Shown here: positions 1 through 12,756 of the stretch, one piece after another | How the letters are laid out: every line of letters starts with the position of its first letter | How positions within the stretch are numbered: the stretch's first letter is position 1 | Assembly (NCBI GenBank): GCA_030390025.1 | Contig: CM059432.1 | Span: forward strand, 117,678,001-117,742,000 | Length of the DNA: 64,000 nucleotides | Direction: 5' to 3' | Origin: Squalus acanthias | Taxonomy: Eukaryota | Notes under the pieces: model-generated | What the model was told of the DNA's origin: nothing | What the model saw: the letters and a program-made list of their open reading frames with translations, nothing else | The model's database searches: none | Made by a program: the position numbers and the translations under genes

Positions 1-1082
1 GGATGTGAAGTCCTTAGAGAGGGTGCAGAAAAGATTTACAAGAATGGTTCCAGGGATGAGGGACTTCAGTTATGTGGATAGACTGGAGAAGCTGGGGATG
101 TTCTCCTTAGAGCAGAGAAGGTTGAGAGGCGATTTGATAGAGGTGTTAAAATCATGAGGGGGCTAGACAGAGTAGATAGAGGGAAACTGTTCCCATTGGC
201 GAAAGGGTTAAAAACCAGAGGACACAGATTTAAGGTGATTGGCAGAAGAACCAAAGGCGATATGAGAATTTTTTTTTTTCGCAGCGAGTGGTTAGGATCT
301 GGAATACACTGCCTGAAAGATTAGGCCTATATTCTCTCATTGAAAACATACAAAATTCTTACAGGGCTTGACAGGGTAGTGGCAGGGAGGATGTTTCCCC
401 TGTCTGGGGAGTCTAGAACCAGGGGTCACAGTCACAGAATAAGGGGTTGGCCATTTAGGACTGAGATGAGGAGAAATTTCTTCACTCAGAGGGCTGTGAA
501 TCTTTGGCATTCTCTACTCCAGAGGGCTGTGGAGGCTCAGTCGTCGAGTATATCCAAGACAGAGACAGATAGATTTTTGGATATTAAGGGAATCAAGGGA
601 TATGGAGATCGGGCAGGAAGGTGGAATTGAATAGAAGATCAGCCATGAGCTTATTGAATGGCGGAGCAGGCTCGAAGGGCCAAATGGCCTACTCCGGCTC
701 CTATTTCTTATGTTCTTATGTTCTTATGAAAGGGTTTACATAGGATTACATAGCATATACAGCACAGAAACAGGCCATTCAGCCCAACCTGTCCATGCCA
801 GCGTTTATGCTCCACACGAGCCTCCTCCCGTCTTTCCTCATCTAAATCTATCAGCATAACACTCTATTCCCTTTTTAACCCTCTATTCCCTGGTGGTGAA
901 TGCAAATTCAATCGTGGCTTTCAAAACGGAATTGGATAAGTACCTGAAGGAAAAAAAATTGCAGGGCTACGGGGAAAGGGCGGGGGAGTGGGACTGGCTG
1001 ACGTGCTCTTGCAAAGAGCCAGCATAGGCTCGACAGGCCGAACGGCTTCCTTCTGTGCTGTAACCATTCTATGATTCTATGA
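1..1082 (+). mobile_element. Nest of CR1 LINE 3' ends: one CR1 (1-320 and 891-1082) split by a second CR1 3' end (+, about 321-728) and a third (-, about 741-890)
   Basis: ORF 340..630 is a CR1 ORF2 C-terminus (RTRGHS...RNFFTQR.VNLW). Tails are (TTCTTATG)3 near 705-728 and ATTCTATG repeats near 1066-1081. The host sequence gcctgaaag resumes as ggtggtgaatgcaaattcaatcgtgg at about 892. Confidence 0.85.
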
Positions 1083-1200
1083 TAGCACCTCAACTAATGT
1101 AACACTCCCTCAGTACTCCACTAAAGTTTAGATTATGTCCTCAAGCCTTGGGCTAGACTCTAGACCCTTGTGAGACAAAGGCAACACTTGAACGAAACTA
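1083..1200 (-). mobile_element. Degenerate fragment of a tRNA-derived SINE
   Basis: cactccctcagtactccact...gattatgtcctcaa resembles the reverse complement of the SINE at 9803-9851. Confidence 0.5.
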
Positions 1201-1567
1201 GATACGTAGTGGGAGAAATTCATTATAGCCCAGGAATGGATGCTAACTTTAGAAAAGTTTGAGAATTAGCGCCAGCTGCTAATGATTCAGACTGCACGCA
1301 AAATTCAGTCTCTTTGCACAAAGAAAGGATTGGAGCGTTAAATCAAGTGCTAATGGCCTAGCTCAGTGGCGTTAAACTCGAAGCACTGACCAATATCAGG
1401 TGCAGGCTAATCACAAGTCATCATTGCCACAGGCTCTTTCCAGTTCTTAAAGGGGAGGATCATTGATGTTGCAGAACCTCATTCTCAGTATTGCTGGCTG
1501 TGCAGCTGCCTCAGCAAGCAGCAGCAGGTCAAGTAGAAGGAGCTGGACGACTCAAGAAGCTGCACTG

Positions 1568-3053
1568 ATGGCCCATCCATGGCCCAGGGAGAGAGACCAC
1601 AGATTCAGCGATGAGGCACTAGAGGTGTTGGAGTTCACTGTGGAGAAACTGAGGGCAGTGTTGTACCCAGGAAATGGCATGAGGCCCTCACCACAAGTCT
1701 TCCGCGCCATGTGGAGGGAGGTAGCGCAGCAGGTCTCGGGCAGCACTGTGGTCCCCAGGACCCACACACAATGCAGGAAGAAATTTAACAACCTCACTCA
1801 GGTGGTCAAGGGGAGTCAATGCTTCAACAAATGCTACATACCGCCATCTGTACCACTGTCTTCACACACTGCCCAAAGCACCACACCCCCAGCACCCACC
1901 CACCAACAATCTCTACCTACTAACACTCACATCCACATCTCACACCTGGCACACAATGACAGCTATTCAACTATGGCAGGCACATCTCCCAAACACATGG
2001 CTCCACACTCACTCACACAGTTTCCTTTCTCTTGCAGGCCAAGGTGGCTCACAACAGGAAGGAGCAGGAGTGCACAGTTGGAGAACAAGCCAACACCCAA
2101 CCATTGTCTGAGCTGGAGACTCGAATGCTGCAAATCATTGGGCGCCAGGTGGTGGGCGCCGTGGCCACCGGCGAAGTTGACCCCCTTGGGGACAACAACA
2201 GTATGTTTATCCCTACTCATTCTTCTCACATCCCACTTCCCACTCATCCCACAAGTGTTTTGCACTTTCCCGCTAATCATGCTGTCTCCATGCCTTTCTC
2301 CCTTCCTGCCGCCCTCCCCTCACCTTAACCCGACTCTTGTGCCTTTATGCTTTCAGATAATCAGCAAGCACCTGAGCAGCCTGTCCCTGATGGCACCATT
2401 AAGTGTGAGGCGGGAGAAGAGTTGGAGGAAGAAGACACCGTGTCACTGCATCTCTCACCCGCAGGCACCAGCTCAGATACTGGCACTACGCCTTCTTTAG
2501 AGGCCGTCTGCAAAGGATGGTAGACTCCCAGAGAGACCTTGGCAACCCAGACCTGATGCCGCGTGTGATGGGAGATCTGGCAGCTTCCATTGCAGCACAG
2601 GCGGAAGTGACACAACATCTTAGTGCTATAATGCTGTCTATGCTTGGTGGCCTCCAATCTCAGACTGCTCTCATGTAGTCTCAGCTTGATGCCATGCAAG
2701 CTCTGTCTGCTGCCATCGTGGCTGGGTCTACCACCATCGACCGGGGCTTTCACGGTGTCGCAGCAGGCCAGCAATCTGTGCTCCAACAGATTTCTAAGGA
2801 TGCTGAGGTGCTGCCCCGGGGGAGTGGCAGTAGGTCAGTGGAGCAGGAACCTGCTGGCCTCTCTCAGGATGACAGCATTCCTGCTCCCACCGCTGCCACT
2901 CCGCCATTGTACTTGTCGCTGCCTGTCATCCAGCCAGCCCAGACTGCTGCAGCCTATGCTGAGGTGATACAGTCTACAGCTGGGCCTTCCAGGTCCAGAG
3001 TTGGTCAAGAGCGTCCTGCAAGGCCACCTGAAGTCTCCCGCATGGACACATAG
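1568..3053 (+). pseudogene. Harbinger Myb/SANT-like DNA-binding protein (NAIF1/MSANTD-like), exons 1568-1810, 2038-2200 and 2357 to about 3053
   Basis: Motif RFSDEALEVL...V......LYP...W.EVAQQVS....RT..QCRKKFN.L. Acceptors ttgcag and tttcag, donor gtatgt. The first donor is mutated (gggagt instead of gtgagt) and exon 3 has stops/frameshifts. Confidence 0.85.
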
Positions 3054-4343
3054 CAGCCTTCCACCAGCCGTGCTGCAGCCACTGGGCCAACACTTCGTAG
3101 GAGCACTAGAGTAGGCAAAGGCACAGTAGCGTTATCAGTCTGGTTATCATTATCCCTATCGCTCCCCTGCACTATTGCCTTCTCCTTTCTTTTTGACTTT
3201 CTAAATTCCCCTTCCCCTGAAGCCTCCCCCCCACTATTTAGTTAAAAGCCCTATCTACATCCCTAGAGGATTGGGAAATTCTTAGAAAACATCAAAGAAT
3301 GGCTAAAAAAATTATAAAGAGGGAGAAGATACATTATGAGAGTAAACTAGCAAAGAATATAAAAACAGACAGTAAGAGCTTCTACAGGTATTTAAAAAGG
3401 AAGAGAGCAGCTAAAGTAAACGTTGGTCCCTTAGAGGATGAGACTGGGGAATTAATAATGGGAAACAGGGAAATGGCAGAGACTTTGAACAAATATTTTG
3501 TATCGGTCTTCACGGTAGAAGACACTAAAAGCATCCCAATAATAATTGATAATCAAGGGGCTAGAAGGAGGGAGGAACTTAAAACAATCACTATCACTAG
3601 AGAAAAAATTCTAGGCAAACTAATTGGACTAAGGCTGACATGTCCCCATGACCTTATGACCTGCATCCTAGGGTCTTAAAAGAAGTAGCTGCAGAGATAG
3701 TGGATGCGTTGGTTGTAATCTACCAAAATTCCCTGGATTCTGGAGAGGTCCCAGTGGATTGGAAAACCGCAAATTTAACGCCCCTATTCAAGAAAGGAGG
3801 GAGACAGAAAGCAGGAAACTAAAGGCCAGTTAGCCTAACATCTGTCATTGGGAAAATGCTGGAATCCATTATTAAGGAAGTAATAGCAGGACATTTAGAA
3901 AATTATAACACAATCAAGCAGAATCAACATGGTTTTATGAAAGGGAAATCGTGTTTGACAAATTTAATAGAGTTCTTTGAGGATGTAACGAGCAGGGTGG
4001 ATAAAGGGGAACCAGTAGATGTAGTGTATTTGGATTTCCAGAAGGCATTCGATAAGGTGCCACATGAAAGGTTATTGCACAAGATAAGAGCTCACGGGGT
4101 TGGGGGTAATATATTAGCATGGATAGAGGATTGGCTAACCAACAGGAATCAGAGAGTCGGGATAAACGGGTAATTTTCAGGTTGGCAAACTGTAACTAGT
4201 GGGGTGTCACAGGGATCAGTGCTGGGGCCTCAACTATTTACAATTTATATTAATGACTTGGATGAAGGGACCGAGTGTACTGTATCCAAATTTGCTGATG
4301 ATACAAAGATAGGTGGGAAAGCAAGTTGTGAGGAGGACACAAA

Positions 4344-6928
4344 GGCCACGATTTTGCGCCTGGAGGCGGGATGGTGGCGGGTCCGCTGGTCGGAGGGTTC
4401 CAGACCCGCTTAAGGTTCCCGCCGCCCTGCAGTTGAAATTTTGCGTTGATTGGCCACGTTAAGGCCGACGTGCGGGTTCTTCAAGACAATTGCTGGGTGC
4501 GGGTCAGTTGCTCACGTCTGATGACGCGATGTTGGACTGATTATTTAAAGGGGCCATGTCCCCTCTGCAGATTCTTTTCCATTTTGTTCCCTGAAGTGCC
4601 GGCTGCTGCAGGTATGGCAGCGCAAAAACCTAAGGCTGCTCCCCGCTTCGATGAGGACTCCCTCCATGCACTTGTGGAGGGAGTAAGAGGACGTAAGGAG
4701 GTCCTCTTCCCTGGAGACGGAAGGAGGAGGCCTCCTCAGCAAACCAAAGCAGCTTGGTTGCAAATTGCTGAGGAGGTCAGTTCGAGCTCGGTCTGCATAT
4801 GCACCTGGGTGCAGTGTCGCAAGAGGTTTAATGATCTGTTGCGATCAGCAAAAGTGAGTATAACAACACACTTACCTTCCATCTGCCTCTCATCTCTTCT
4901 CATCCCCATCACTCTGCATTGGCAACCTTCCCCTGCACATCCCAACTCACTAACATCCCTTGCACCCTCACTTTCTCTGTACAGAATCACATCACCATCT
5001 TACTATGCATCACTCACACTCTTATGCAATGCCAACAACTAACAACGCACAGGGAGGGAACTTGGTTTGTGCACCTCACTCCTTCATAGTCTCGCTCTAA
5101 ATATCTATGTCATCCATTCTTTACACTCACTCCATCAATCTCCCTCAAACTCCACTTGTGTCCCTCATTACAGGAGAAGAGAGCCCACAATAAAAGGGAG
5201 AGGGGGAGGACAGGAGGAGGCCCACCATCCCTGGCACACCTAACGAGTGCTGAGGAGGCAGTCATGGAGATCGTCGGAGGTGCAGAGGAGCTGGAAGTGG
5301 GGGATGGAGAGACGGGCGTAGAAGAGCAAGCTGGTGAAAGAAGTGATTTCCAACCCTCTAATTTAGCATTCATGTGTGACTAATATGGGATATGATGGTC
5401 ATAGAGATTGAGTGCTAAGCATCTGCGCAATGGGATGTGTCTGCAACACACATTTCACTTGTCTAACTTATGCCTTTACTCCCCCACAGGACCATCAAGA
5501 GCCCCGCTCCCCACTGTCCAGGAGGAAGAGCAGGAGCACTCCTCAGAGGAACCACCAGCCTCTGAGGGAGCAGTGTCACCAGCATTCAGCGCACCCAGCA
5601 CTAGGGCAGAGACGCACACCTCGGTGGGTTTTTTGCGAGATAGAGTAGTGTTGTCACCTGGTGTATCACAGCTCACAAGTGAGCAGGAGCAGATGTTGGA
5701 GACAGGTACAGCAGTGGAGAGTCCTTGTCAGAGGACGCAGGGCTCTCCCAGCTCTGCTCAGATGCTGAGCCTCTGGGGCCACGGTAACTGCAAGTGTGCA
5801 GAGAATGGAGCAGTCCATCTTAAACATTAGCAATGCCGTGGTGAACTCTATGGGCAATCTAGGTGCCGCCATGGACATGGACGACCCAGTTATGAGGACT
5901 GTCAGTACAGAGACGGGTCCTCATGGCCTCACCGATGTGCGGCAAGGTGCTCTCCAGCTACTTGCTGGCAGTGAAGTGCGGGTGACCCATGAGAGGGACG
6001 GTGGTGTTCGAGCACAAGAAAGTGGGGGCTCCTCTCCAAGCGCTCACACTCACTTGCCACTGCCAAGCCTTCAGTCAGAGCCCCATCTGCCAAAGTCAAC
6101 AGAGATGGCTTAGTCTGCCCCTGCACAGCTGCAGGAGGAGCAGGCTTTGGCGGGGCCCTCCAAGGCTCGCAAAACCAGAGGATGGCCGCCAAAGGCGTCT
6201 AAGCAGGAGGAGCAGGGAAGTGAGCAGGCTGTCTCCACATATGCTGAAGCCACAAGGGTCTCACAACGTAGAAGCACGCACAAGAGGAAGATGTCACGTT
6301 AATAATCACAAGGGTTCTCACTTGGGTGTTATGATAGATTTATTTGTAAAGTTTCTGTTCTTTGCCAATATTGTAATAAATTGATGTAGAACGAAGATTT
6401 GGCATCGTTGCCATATGTGTGCTGACAATTTGAGGTGACACACTTTAGGGTAAGTGTGCCTTTAAAATCCAGCAATGCAGGTTACAGTGGATCTACAGTG
6501 CACAACACATACCTGCAGCCTAAACACGGAATATGACCCCAAAGTATTCAATCACCAACCTCACAGATTTCTAAAAGACAAGATTTGAGAGTGCAGCTTT
6601 TACACTGCAGTTGCAGCTGTGAAGTCTCCAGCTCACTGGTGTTCACACCACACTTACCTGGCGTGTTGTTGGAACGTTGTGAAACCCGACCCAGAAGCTG
6701 GAAAATCTAAAAATCCTGTGAAAATAGCTCTAAAGTACCACCTAATAGGCAGTTAAGTGCCTTTAATCCCTTTCCCGCCGCTTGGTGTCGGGTCCGTTTG
6801 CAAATTGGAGACCCGACACTCGGGAAAGATGTGTGGAGGCGGGATCACGGCGGGTTCGGAACCCGTCAATCATTGCGAATTTAACCTCTGACCCGCCTCC
6901 AATCCCACCCTCTTAGCACCGGCAAAAT
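4344..6928 (+). mobile_element. Harbinger element 2: non-autonomous, Myb gene only
   Basis: It interrupts the CR1 RT. Left end ggccacgattttgc; the right end gcaaaat is a partial inverted match. No transposase motif was seen. Confidence 0.8.
4614..6302 (+). pseudogene. Myb/SANT-like protein, exons 4614-4853, 5174-5333 and 5490 to about 6302
   Basis: MAAQKPKAAPRFDEDSLHALVEGV...W.QIAEEVSS...QCRKRFNDL. The GT-AG introns (phase 0, then phase 1) join in frame (SAK|EKRA and AG|PSRAP). Exon 3 is disrupted after about 5760. Confidence 0.85.
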
Positions 6929-7999
6929 AGTCTGCAAGGGATATAGATAGGTTAATGAGTGGGCAAACATTTGGCAGATGGAGTATAATGTGGGAAAATG
7001 TGAGGTTATCCACTTTGGTAGGAAGAATAAAAAAGCAAATTATTATTTAAATGGAGAGAGACTACAAAATGCTGCAGTACAGAGGAATCTGGGGGTCCTC
7101 GTACATGAAACACAAAAAGTTAGCATGCAGGTACAGCAAGTAATTAGGAAGGCAAATGAAATGTTGGCCCTTATTGCAAGGGGGATGGAGTATAAAAGGA
7201 AGGAAGTTTTGCTACAACTGTACAGGGCATTGGTGAGGCCACATCTGGTGTACTGCGTGCAATTTTGGTCTCCTTATTTAAGGAGGAATATACTTGCATT
7301 GGAGTTCAGAAAAGGTTCACGAGGTTGATTCCTGAGATGAAGGGGTTGTCTTATGAGGAAAGGTTGAGCAGGTTGGGCCTACACTCATTGGAGTTGAGAA
7401 GAATGAGAGGTGATCTTATTGAAACATATAAGATTCTGAGGGGGCTTGACAGGGTAGATGCAGGGAGGATGTTTCCCCTCGTGGGGTAATCTAGAACTAG
7501 GGGGCATAGTTTCAGAATAAGGGGTCGCCCATTTAAAACAGAGGTGAGGAGGAATTTCTTCTCTCAGATGGTTGTGAATCTTTGGAATTCTCTACCCCAG
7601 AGAGCTGTGGAGGCGGTGTCATTGAATATATTCAAGGCGGAGATAGACAGATATTTGAGCTACAGGGGAGTCAAGGGTTATGGGGAGTGGGCGGGAATGT
7701 GGAGTTGAGGCCAAGATCAGATCAGTCATGATCTTATTGAAGGGCTAAATGGCCGACTCCTACTCCTATTTCTTATGTTCTTATCTTCTTCTGTTCTAAC
7801 GACAGGCACCAAGGGATTGCACAAGGGTGAATAGTTAATATTTTTGGTGTAAATATGTGTTCACTGATGTTTGATGAATTTATTAATTCAGTTTGCATTA
7901 TTGTTTGGTCTCTCTCATTTCAGCTTAGCGCTGTGATATGGCGTGCGACAGGGATGGAATGATGAGGATGTGGTGAGCAACAGGGATCTGGGGTTTAAT

Positions 8000-9148
8000 T
8001 TATTCAAACCGCATGAACCGGTCATGGACCGACCTTCCGGTAGGCCGATTGAGTGGCTGCCTCCTCCCTTGTTCCTGTTCCTCCTCCTCCTTCTCGTCCT
8101 CCGCATCTTCCTCTTCCTCCTCATCCTCCTCTTCCTCCTCCTCTTCATCTTCCTCCTCCTGAAGTGGTCCCGCAATCCGTGCTGGCAAGGGCTGGGCCCT
8201 CATGATGGCCAAGTTGTGGAACATGCAGCAGACCACAACGAAATGGGACACCCGGTCCGTTGAGTACTGGAGGGCTCCTCCCGAGCGGTCAAGGCAGCGG
8301 AACCATTGCTTTAGTACCCCGATGGTCTGCTCGATGATGTTCCTGGTGGCAGCATGGCTGTCATTATATGAGTGCTGGGCAGGAGTGTTGGGTTTGCGGA
8401 GGGAGTCATGAGCCAGGTGGAGAGCGGATAGCCCTTGTCTCCGAGACGCCAGCCACGAGCTTGATGTGGTGGCTGGAAGAGTGGTGCAGGATGAAGGCAT
8501 CATGGCTGCTGCCATCATAGCTGGCATTGACGGTGAAGATTCGCTGTGTGTGGTTGCACACCAACTGCACATTAAGTGAGGCGTAGCCTTTGCAGTTACG
8601 GAAGATCTCAGGATTGTTATGCGGTGCCCGCAAAGCCATGTGGGTGCAGTCAGTGGCGCCCTGCACCATGGGGAAGCCCACTATCCTGACAAAGCCACAT
8701 GCACGTTTGTCCTGCTTCTCTCTGGTGATGGGGAAGGAAATGTAATCCCTTCTCCTACTGTAGAGACAGCAAACTGTGAGATGTTAGCTAGGTCTTCTGT
8801 TGCAGACTGAAACGATCCACTGGTGAAGAAATTGAAGGTGACAGTGACCTTGACTGCCACCGAGAGAGCCGTGGTCGCCCTGATCTGAGGCTCAAAGTCT
8901 GGTTGCTGGAGGTGGCAGGGTTCTGTGACCACCTCCTTACTGAAGCGGAGCCTTCTAATACACTGCTCCTCGCTTAATTGGAGGTAGGAGAAGTGCTCTC
9001 GGAAAACCCTCGGAACGTAAGGCCTCCTGTTGAGAGCCCTCATGGCCCTTCTCCTCCCTCTGGCCAAATGTTCCAATCTTTTTTGCTGCCTCTGCTCCCA
9101 ACGCCATAGATCCTGGAGGGTGTTGTCGACTGCCAGTATAGCCCCCAT
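8000..9148 (-). pseudogene. PIF/Harbinger DDE transposase (HARBI1-like), frameshifted
   Basis: [65 protein letters not shown] and CCMFHN, followed by an acidic poly-E/D tail. Confidence 0.92.
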
Positions 9149-9732
9149 TAATGTAACCAAGTGTAGTACTTTGATATGTTGTGAGAATAAATGTAACGAA
9201 TTTTTAGTAGCCACAACACTCCTGATACTAAACAACCTTTAAATGTCTATGCAACAGTATAATTCAATCGCAAACTGACAAGGAAGCAATGAAACAGCAC
9301 TAATCTGACAGCTGCGACTCATTATTGAGGATGCCTTTAAGTAGCACCCCTGGAGCTGGCATCCGCCTGCTTGACGCCTCCTCTCCCTGTTGGGGTGAGG
9401 CGCTAAGGCAGGGGGCGAAAATGAATTTGGCAGATCGGGCATCCAGTGAGCGTTGCATGCTCACTGACATCACGATCTGCCTGGCAGTGAGGTCCCCGGC
9501 GGTAACTGGTAGCGGTGGTGCAATGGGGGGGCGGGGCCGGATTTGCCGTGTGTCATTGGATTTGCCTCGCCCCAGCACTACTGCATCAGCGCCCCATTAA
9601 CGCCCCCCACCAGGTGCGAGTGGGAGGCACTAACTGTGTTATAGAAAGGATAACACAGCTGAAGACACTTCAAACCATAACATAAGAAGCCAATCCTCAA
9701 ATAGTTAACCTTTAATCCTCATATAGTGAACC

Positions 9733-10180
9733 AGTGGCTCAGTGGGTAGCACCCTCGCCTCTGAGTCAGAAGGTTGGGGGTTCATAGTCCCACTCCAGAG
9801 AATTGAGCATAAAATCTGGGCTGACACTCCAGTGCAGCACTGAGGGAGTGCACTGTCAGAGGTGCCGTCTTTCGAGGCCCCGTGGATGTAAAAGTTCCCG
9901 TGGTGCTATTTTGAAGTCGAGCAGGGGAGTTCTCCCCGGTGTCCTGGCCAATATTTATCTCTCCAGCAACATCACTGAAACAGATTATCTGGTCATTATC
10001 ACATTGCTGTATGCAGGACCTTGCTGTGCACAAATTGGTGCTGTTTGCGGGACCTTGCTGTGCGCAAATTGGCTGCCGCATTTCCTACACTACAACAGTG
10101 ACTACCCTTCAAAAGTACTTCATTGGCTGTAAAGTTGTTGGGACGTCCGGTGGTTGTGAAAGGCGCTATATAAATGCAAA
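9733..10180 (+). mobile_element. tRNA-derived SINE, Deu-SINE type (SacSINE1/AmnSINE1-like) with L2-type tail
   Basis: A box tggctcagtgg and B box ggttcatagtccc; core gagcaggggagttctccccggtgtcctggccaatatttat; tail aaggcgctatataaatgcaa. Has an internal tandem duplication of about 34 bp at 10005-10072. The family name is from recall. Confidence 0.8.
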
Positions 10181-10410
10181 CCAATAATGCAGCAGAGTTA
10201 AATATTTCCAGAAATGCCATTGAATTTCAGCATTGAATCCTTGGATGCCATTTGATGGTTGGAAGACTTTACAAAGTTACAGTACACATCAAACTAAAAA
10301 AATAAGCAATACAACTGTGAGGTTACTCCAAAAGATTAAATTTTTTTTAAAGGAAATGTTGCTCGGATTTTTAATGAAGCGACAGTCCTTCAATAACAAA
10401 TAAAAACACT

Positions 10411-10550
10411 GGGGTATAAACTTGTCTTGGGCAGTGGCGCATAGCAGTCGACAGTGCATCAGTAGCCCGTGTGACACTCCGCCTGATTGTCTTTTCCATT
10501 CTTTGCTGTGTTCTGCGAGGCAGATACCCAGCAGATCCAAGTTCCACCCC
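10411..10550. mobile_element. Possible 140-bp MITE
   Basis: Imperfect TIRs ggggtataaacttg / caagttccacccc; no TSD. Confidence 0.4.
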
Positions 10551-11384
10551 AAATTGTGCTTCCCTGCTTGAAACTGCACCTCAGATTCCCTCCCTTCTTC
10601 CCGATCGCAACATTTTAAATCTCAAGCGAAAGAAGTTCGAAAGCAGAATATCTGGAGAAAGAGAAAGAGAAACAGCAATCACTCCCATCAGTAATTTACT
10701 GCTCCATTCTTCTATCTCTATTAGGAGAGCACCTGTCTGTTAGGAGCAATTGAAGTCAGTCTCTAAGTAACCATTATAGATATTCTGCTGTAAATCAGCA
10801 TTGAGACGTTTTGACATAAATATCTTGCAGAGATAAAAGCTGGAGCCCAGTGTGAAACCTCTTTATATTTTACAAGATTTGGCTTTTAGTACACACTTGT
10901 GACATTCTTCCAGCAGAGTTCAGCCCAATTATCAAGACTATTATTATCACTTATTGTTAGTTTCAAATTTTACTGCTGGCAGGGTGCAGGGTGGGCGGGT
11001 GCTATTCAGACTTACGGTCGTTTGGATTTTTTAAACAAACGTTTTAGAACTTTAAACCTGCTCTATAATATGCACGTTTTATCAAAATAAATCAGGCATT
11101 CCAAATTTAGTCCCATTAACATTTTTACACATTTTCAAGAAATCTATTAGTTTGAGACCAAGAGATTCATATGTGAGCTCCCAAATGATTTGGCCAATCT
11201 AAACCCATAATTTCGTATTGATCAGACTAAATTCGCAGGTGCCTCAAAGGACAAAAGAACAGCTCATGCGAATGTCAGATTGGAGCAGTTGGGCCTGTTT
11301 GTCAGAGGTTAAGGTAAGAATAGATTGGTATGACAAAGTAGAGCCAGGCTTACCTTGTATAAGACCCACACCTGGCATACAAAG

Positions 11385-12530
11385 TATTACAGCACAGAAA
11401 CAGGCCATTCGGCCCAACAGGTCCATGCCGGTGTTTATGCTCCACATGAGCCTCCTCCCGCCCTTTTTCATCGCACCCCATCAACATATCCTTCTATTCC
11501 TTTCTCTCTCATATACTTATCTAGCTTCCCCTTAAATGTATCTATACTATTCGCCTCAACTACTCTCTGTGGTAGCAAGTTCCACATTCTAACCACTCAC
11601 TGGGTAAAAAATTTTCTCCTGAATTCCCTATTGGATTTAATAGCGACTATCTTATATTTATGGCCCCTAGTTCTGGTCTCTCCTGCAAGTTAAAATATCT
11701 TCTTTATGTCTACCCAATCAAACCTGTTCATAATCTTGAACACCCCTATCAGGTCATAGGAACATAGGAGCAGGAGGAGGCCATTCAGCCCCTCGAGCCT
11801 GTTCCGCCATTCAATGAGAACATGGCTGATCTGCGACCTAACTCCATATACCCGCCTTTGCCCCATATCCCTTAATACCTTTGATTAACAAAAAGCTATC
11901 AATCTCCGATTTAAAATTAAAAATTGATCTAGCATCAATTGCCGTTTGCGGAAGAGAGTTCCAAACTTCTACCACCCTTTGTGTGTATAAGTGTTTCCTA
12001 ATTTCACTCCTGAAAGGTCTGGCTCTAATTATTAGACTATGCCCCCAGTCCTAGAATCCCCAACCAGCGGAGATAGTTTCTCTCTATCTACCCTATCTGT
12101 TCCTCTTAATATCCTGAAAACTTCGATCAGATCACCCCTTAACCTTCTAAATTTTAGAGAATACTACCCTAGTCTTCTCCCCTCAGTCTGCTCTTTTCAA
12201 GAGAAAAGTGCTCCGGCCTGTTAAATCTTTATTGATAGGTATAACGTCTCAGTTCTGGTTAATTCTCGTAAATCTGCTTTGCACCTTCCCTGTGTCTCTA
12301 TATCCTTTTTATAATATGGAGACCATAACTGTTCACAATAGTCCAAGTGTGGTCTAACCAAAGTTCTATACAAGTTTAACATAATTTCTCTACGTTACAA
12401 TTCTATCCCTTTAGAAATCAACCCCAGTGCGTTGTTTTTTTTTTATGGCCTTATTAACCTGCATCACTACTTTTAGTGATCTGTGTACCCCCAGATCCCT
12501 CTGTTCCTCTACCCCATTTAGATACTTAGG
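11385..12530 (-). mobile_element. CR1 3' fragment with a second CR1 3' end nested at about 11755-12170
   Basis: Reverse-strand CR1 tails (acagcacagaaacaggccattcggccc; cataggaacataggagcaggag). The nested copy closely matches 44712-45115. Confidence 0.8.
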
Positions 12531-12756
12531 AGGTTATTTTGATGAAAGGGTGAAAACAGGTACTAAATGGGTGCTGTACTAATAAGACTCACCTGTTTGA
12601 AAGTCTGGTTTTAGCACGCAATTTTGGTCCTAATTGCTGATCACCATAATTTGAACTTGCCTGGAGGTACTAAAAGAGAGCCACCTGTAGGTTTAGCACT
12701 CAAACGCAGATTAGATGCAATTTTCATGGATCAGTATATGTGGGCTCCACTCATCA

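Larger units (their letters stand above)
3126..7784 (+). mobile_element. 5'-truncated CR1 LINE (ORF2 RT at 3265-4343 and 6929 to about 7710), interrupted by Harbinger element 2
   Basis: QHGFMKGKSCLTNL, YLDFQKAFDKVPH, QGSVLGP and KFADDTK motifs. gaggacacaaag joins agtctgcaaggg across the insertion. TTCTTATG tail near 7770-7784. Confidence 0.92.
1211..9636. mobile_element. PIF/Harbinger element 1 (Myb gene +, transposase -), split by a CR1 insertion at 3126-7784; right TIR eroded
   Basis: The left end gggagaaattca and both subterminal regions resemble the ends of the MITE at 23771-24662. The sequence at 3108-3125 (agagtaggcaaaggcaca) continues at 7801 (gacaggcaccaagggattgcacaagggtgaatagtt), as in the uninterrupted element at 41679-41737. 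Confidence 0.85.

Noticed and set aside
1463..2500. 345-aa ORF as a novel Myb protein
   Set aside because: It is read-through of stop-poor introns. Comparison with the other copies shows the true exon boundaries; the same applies to ORFs 4446..5042 and 39631..40308.
7915..8175. Arg-rich or hydrophobic ORFs (7915..8175, 7943..8263)
   Set aside because: They are alternative frames of the transposase (GAG/GAA/GAT)n acidic tail.
8000..9148. Domesticated HARBI1/NAIF1 host genes
   Set aside because: These are multiple frameshifted copies within TIR-bounded elements, so they are transposon genes rather than host genes.
9733..9800. tRNA gene
   Set aside because: The A and B boxes continue into a SINE body and tail.
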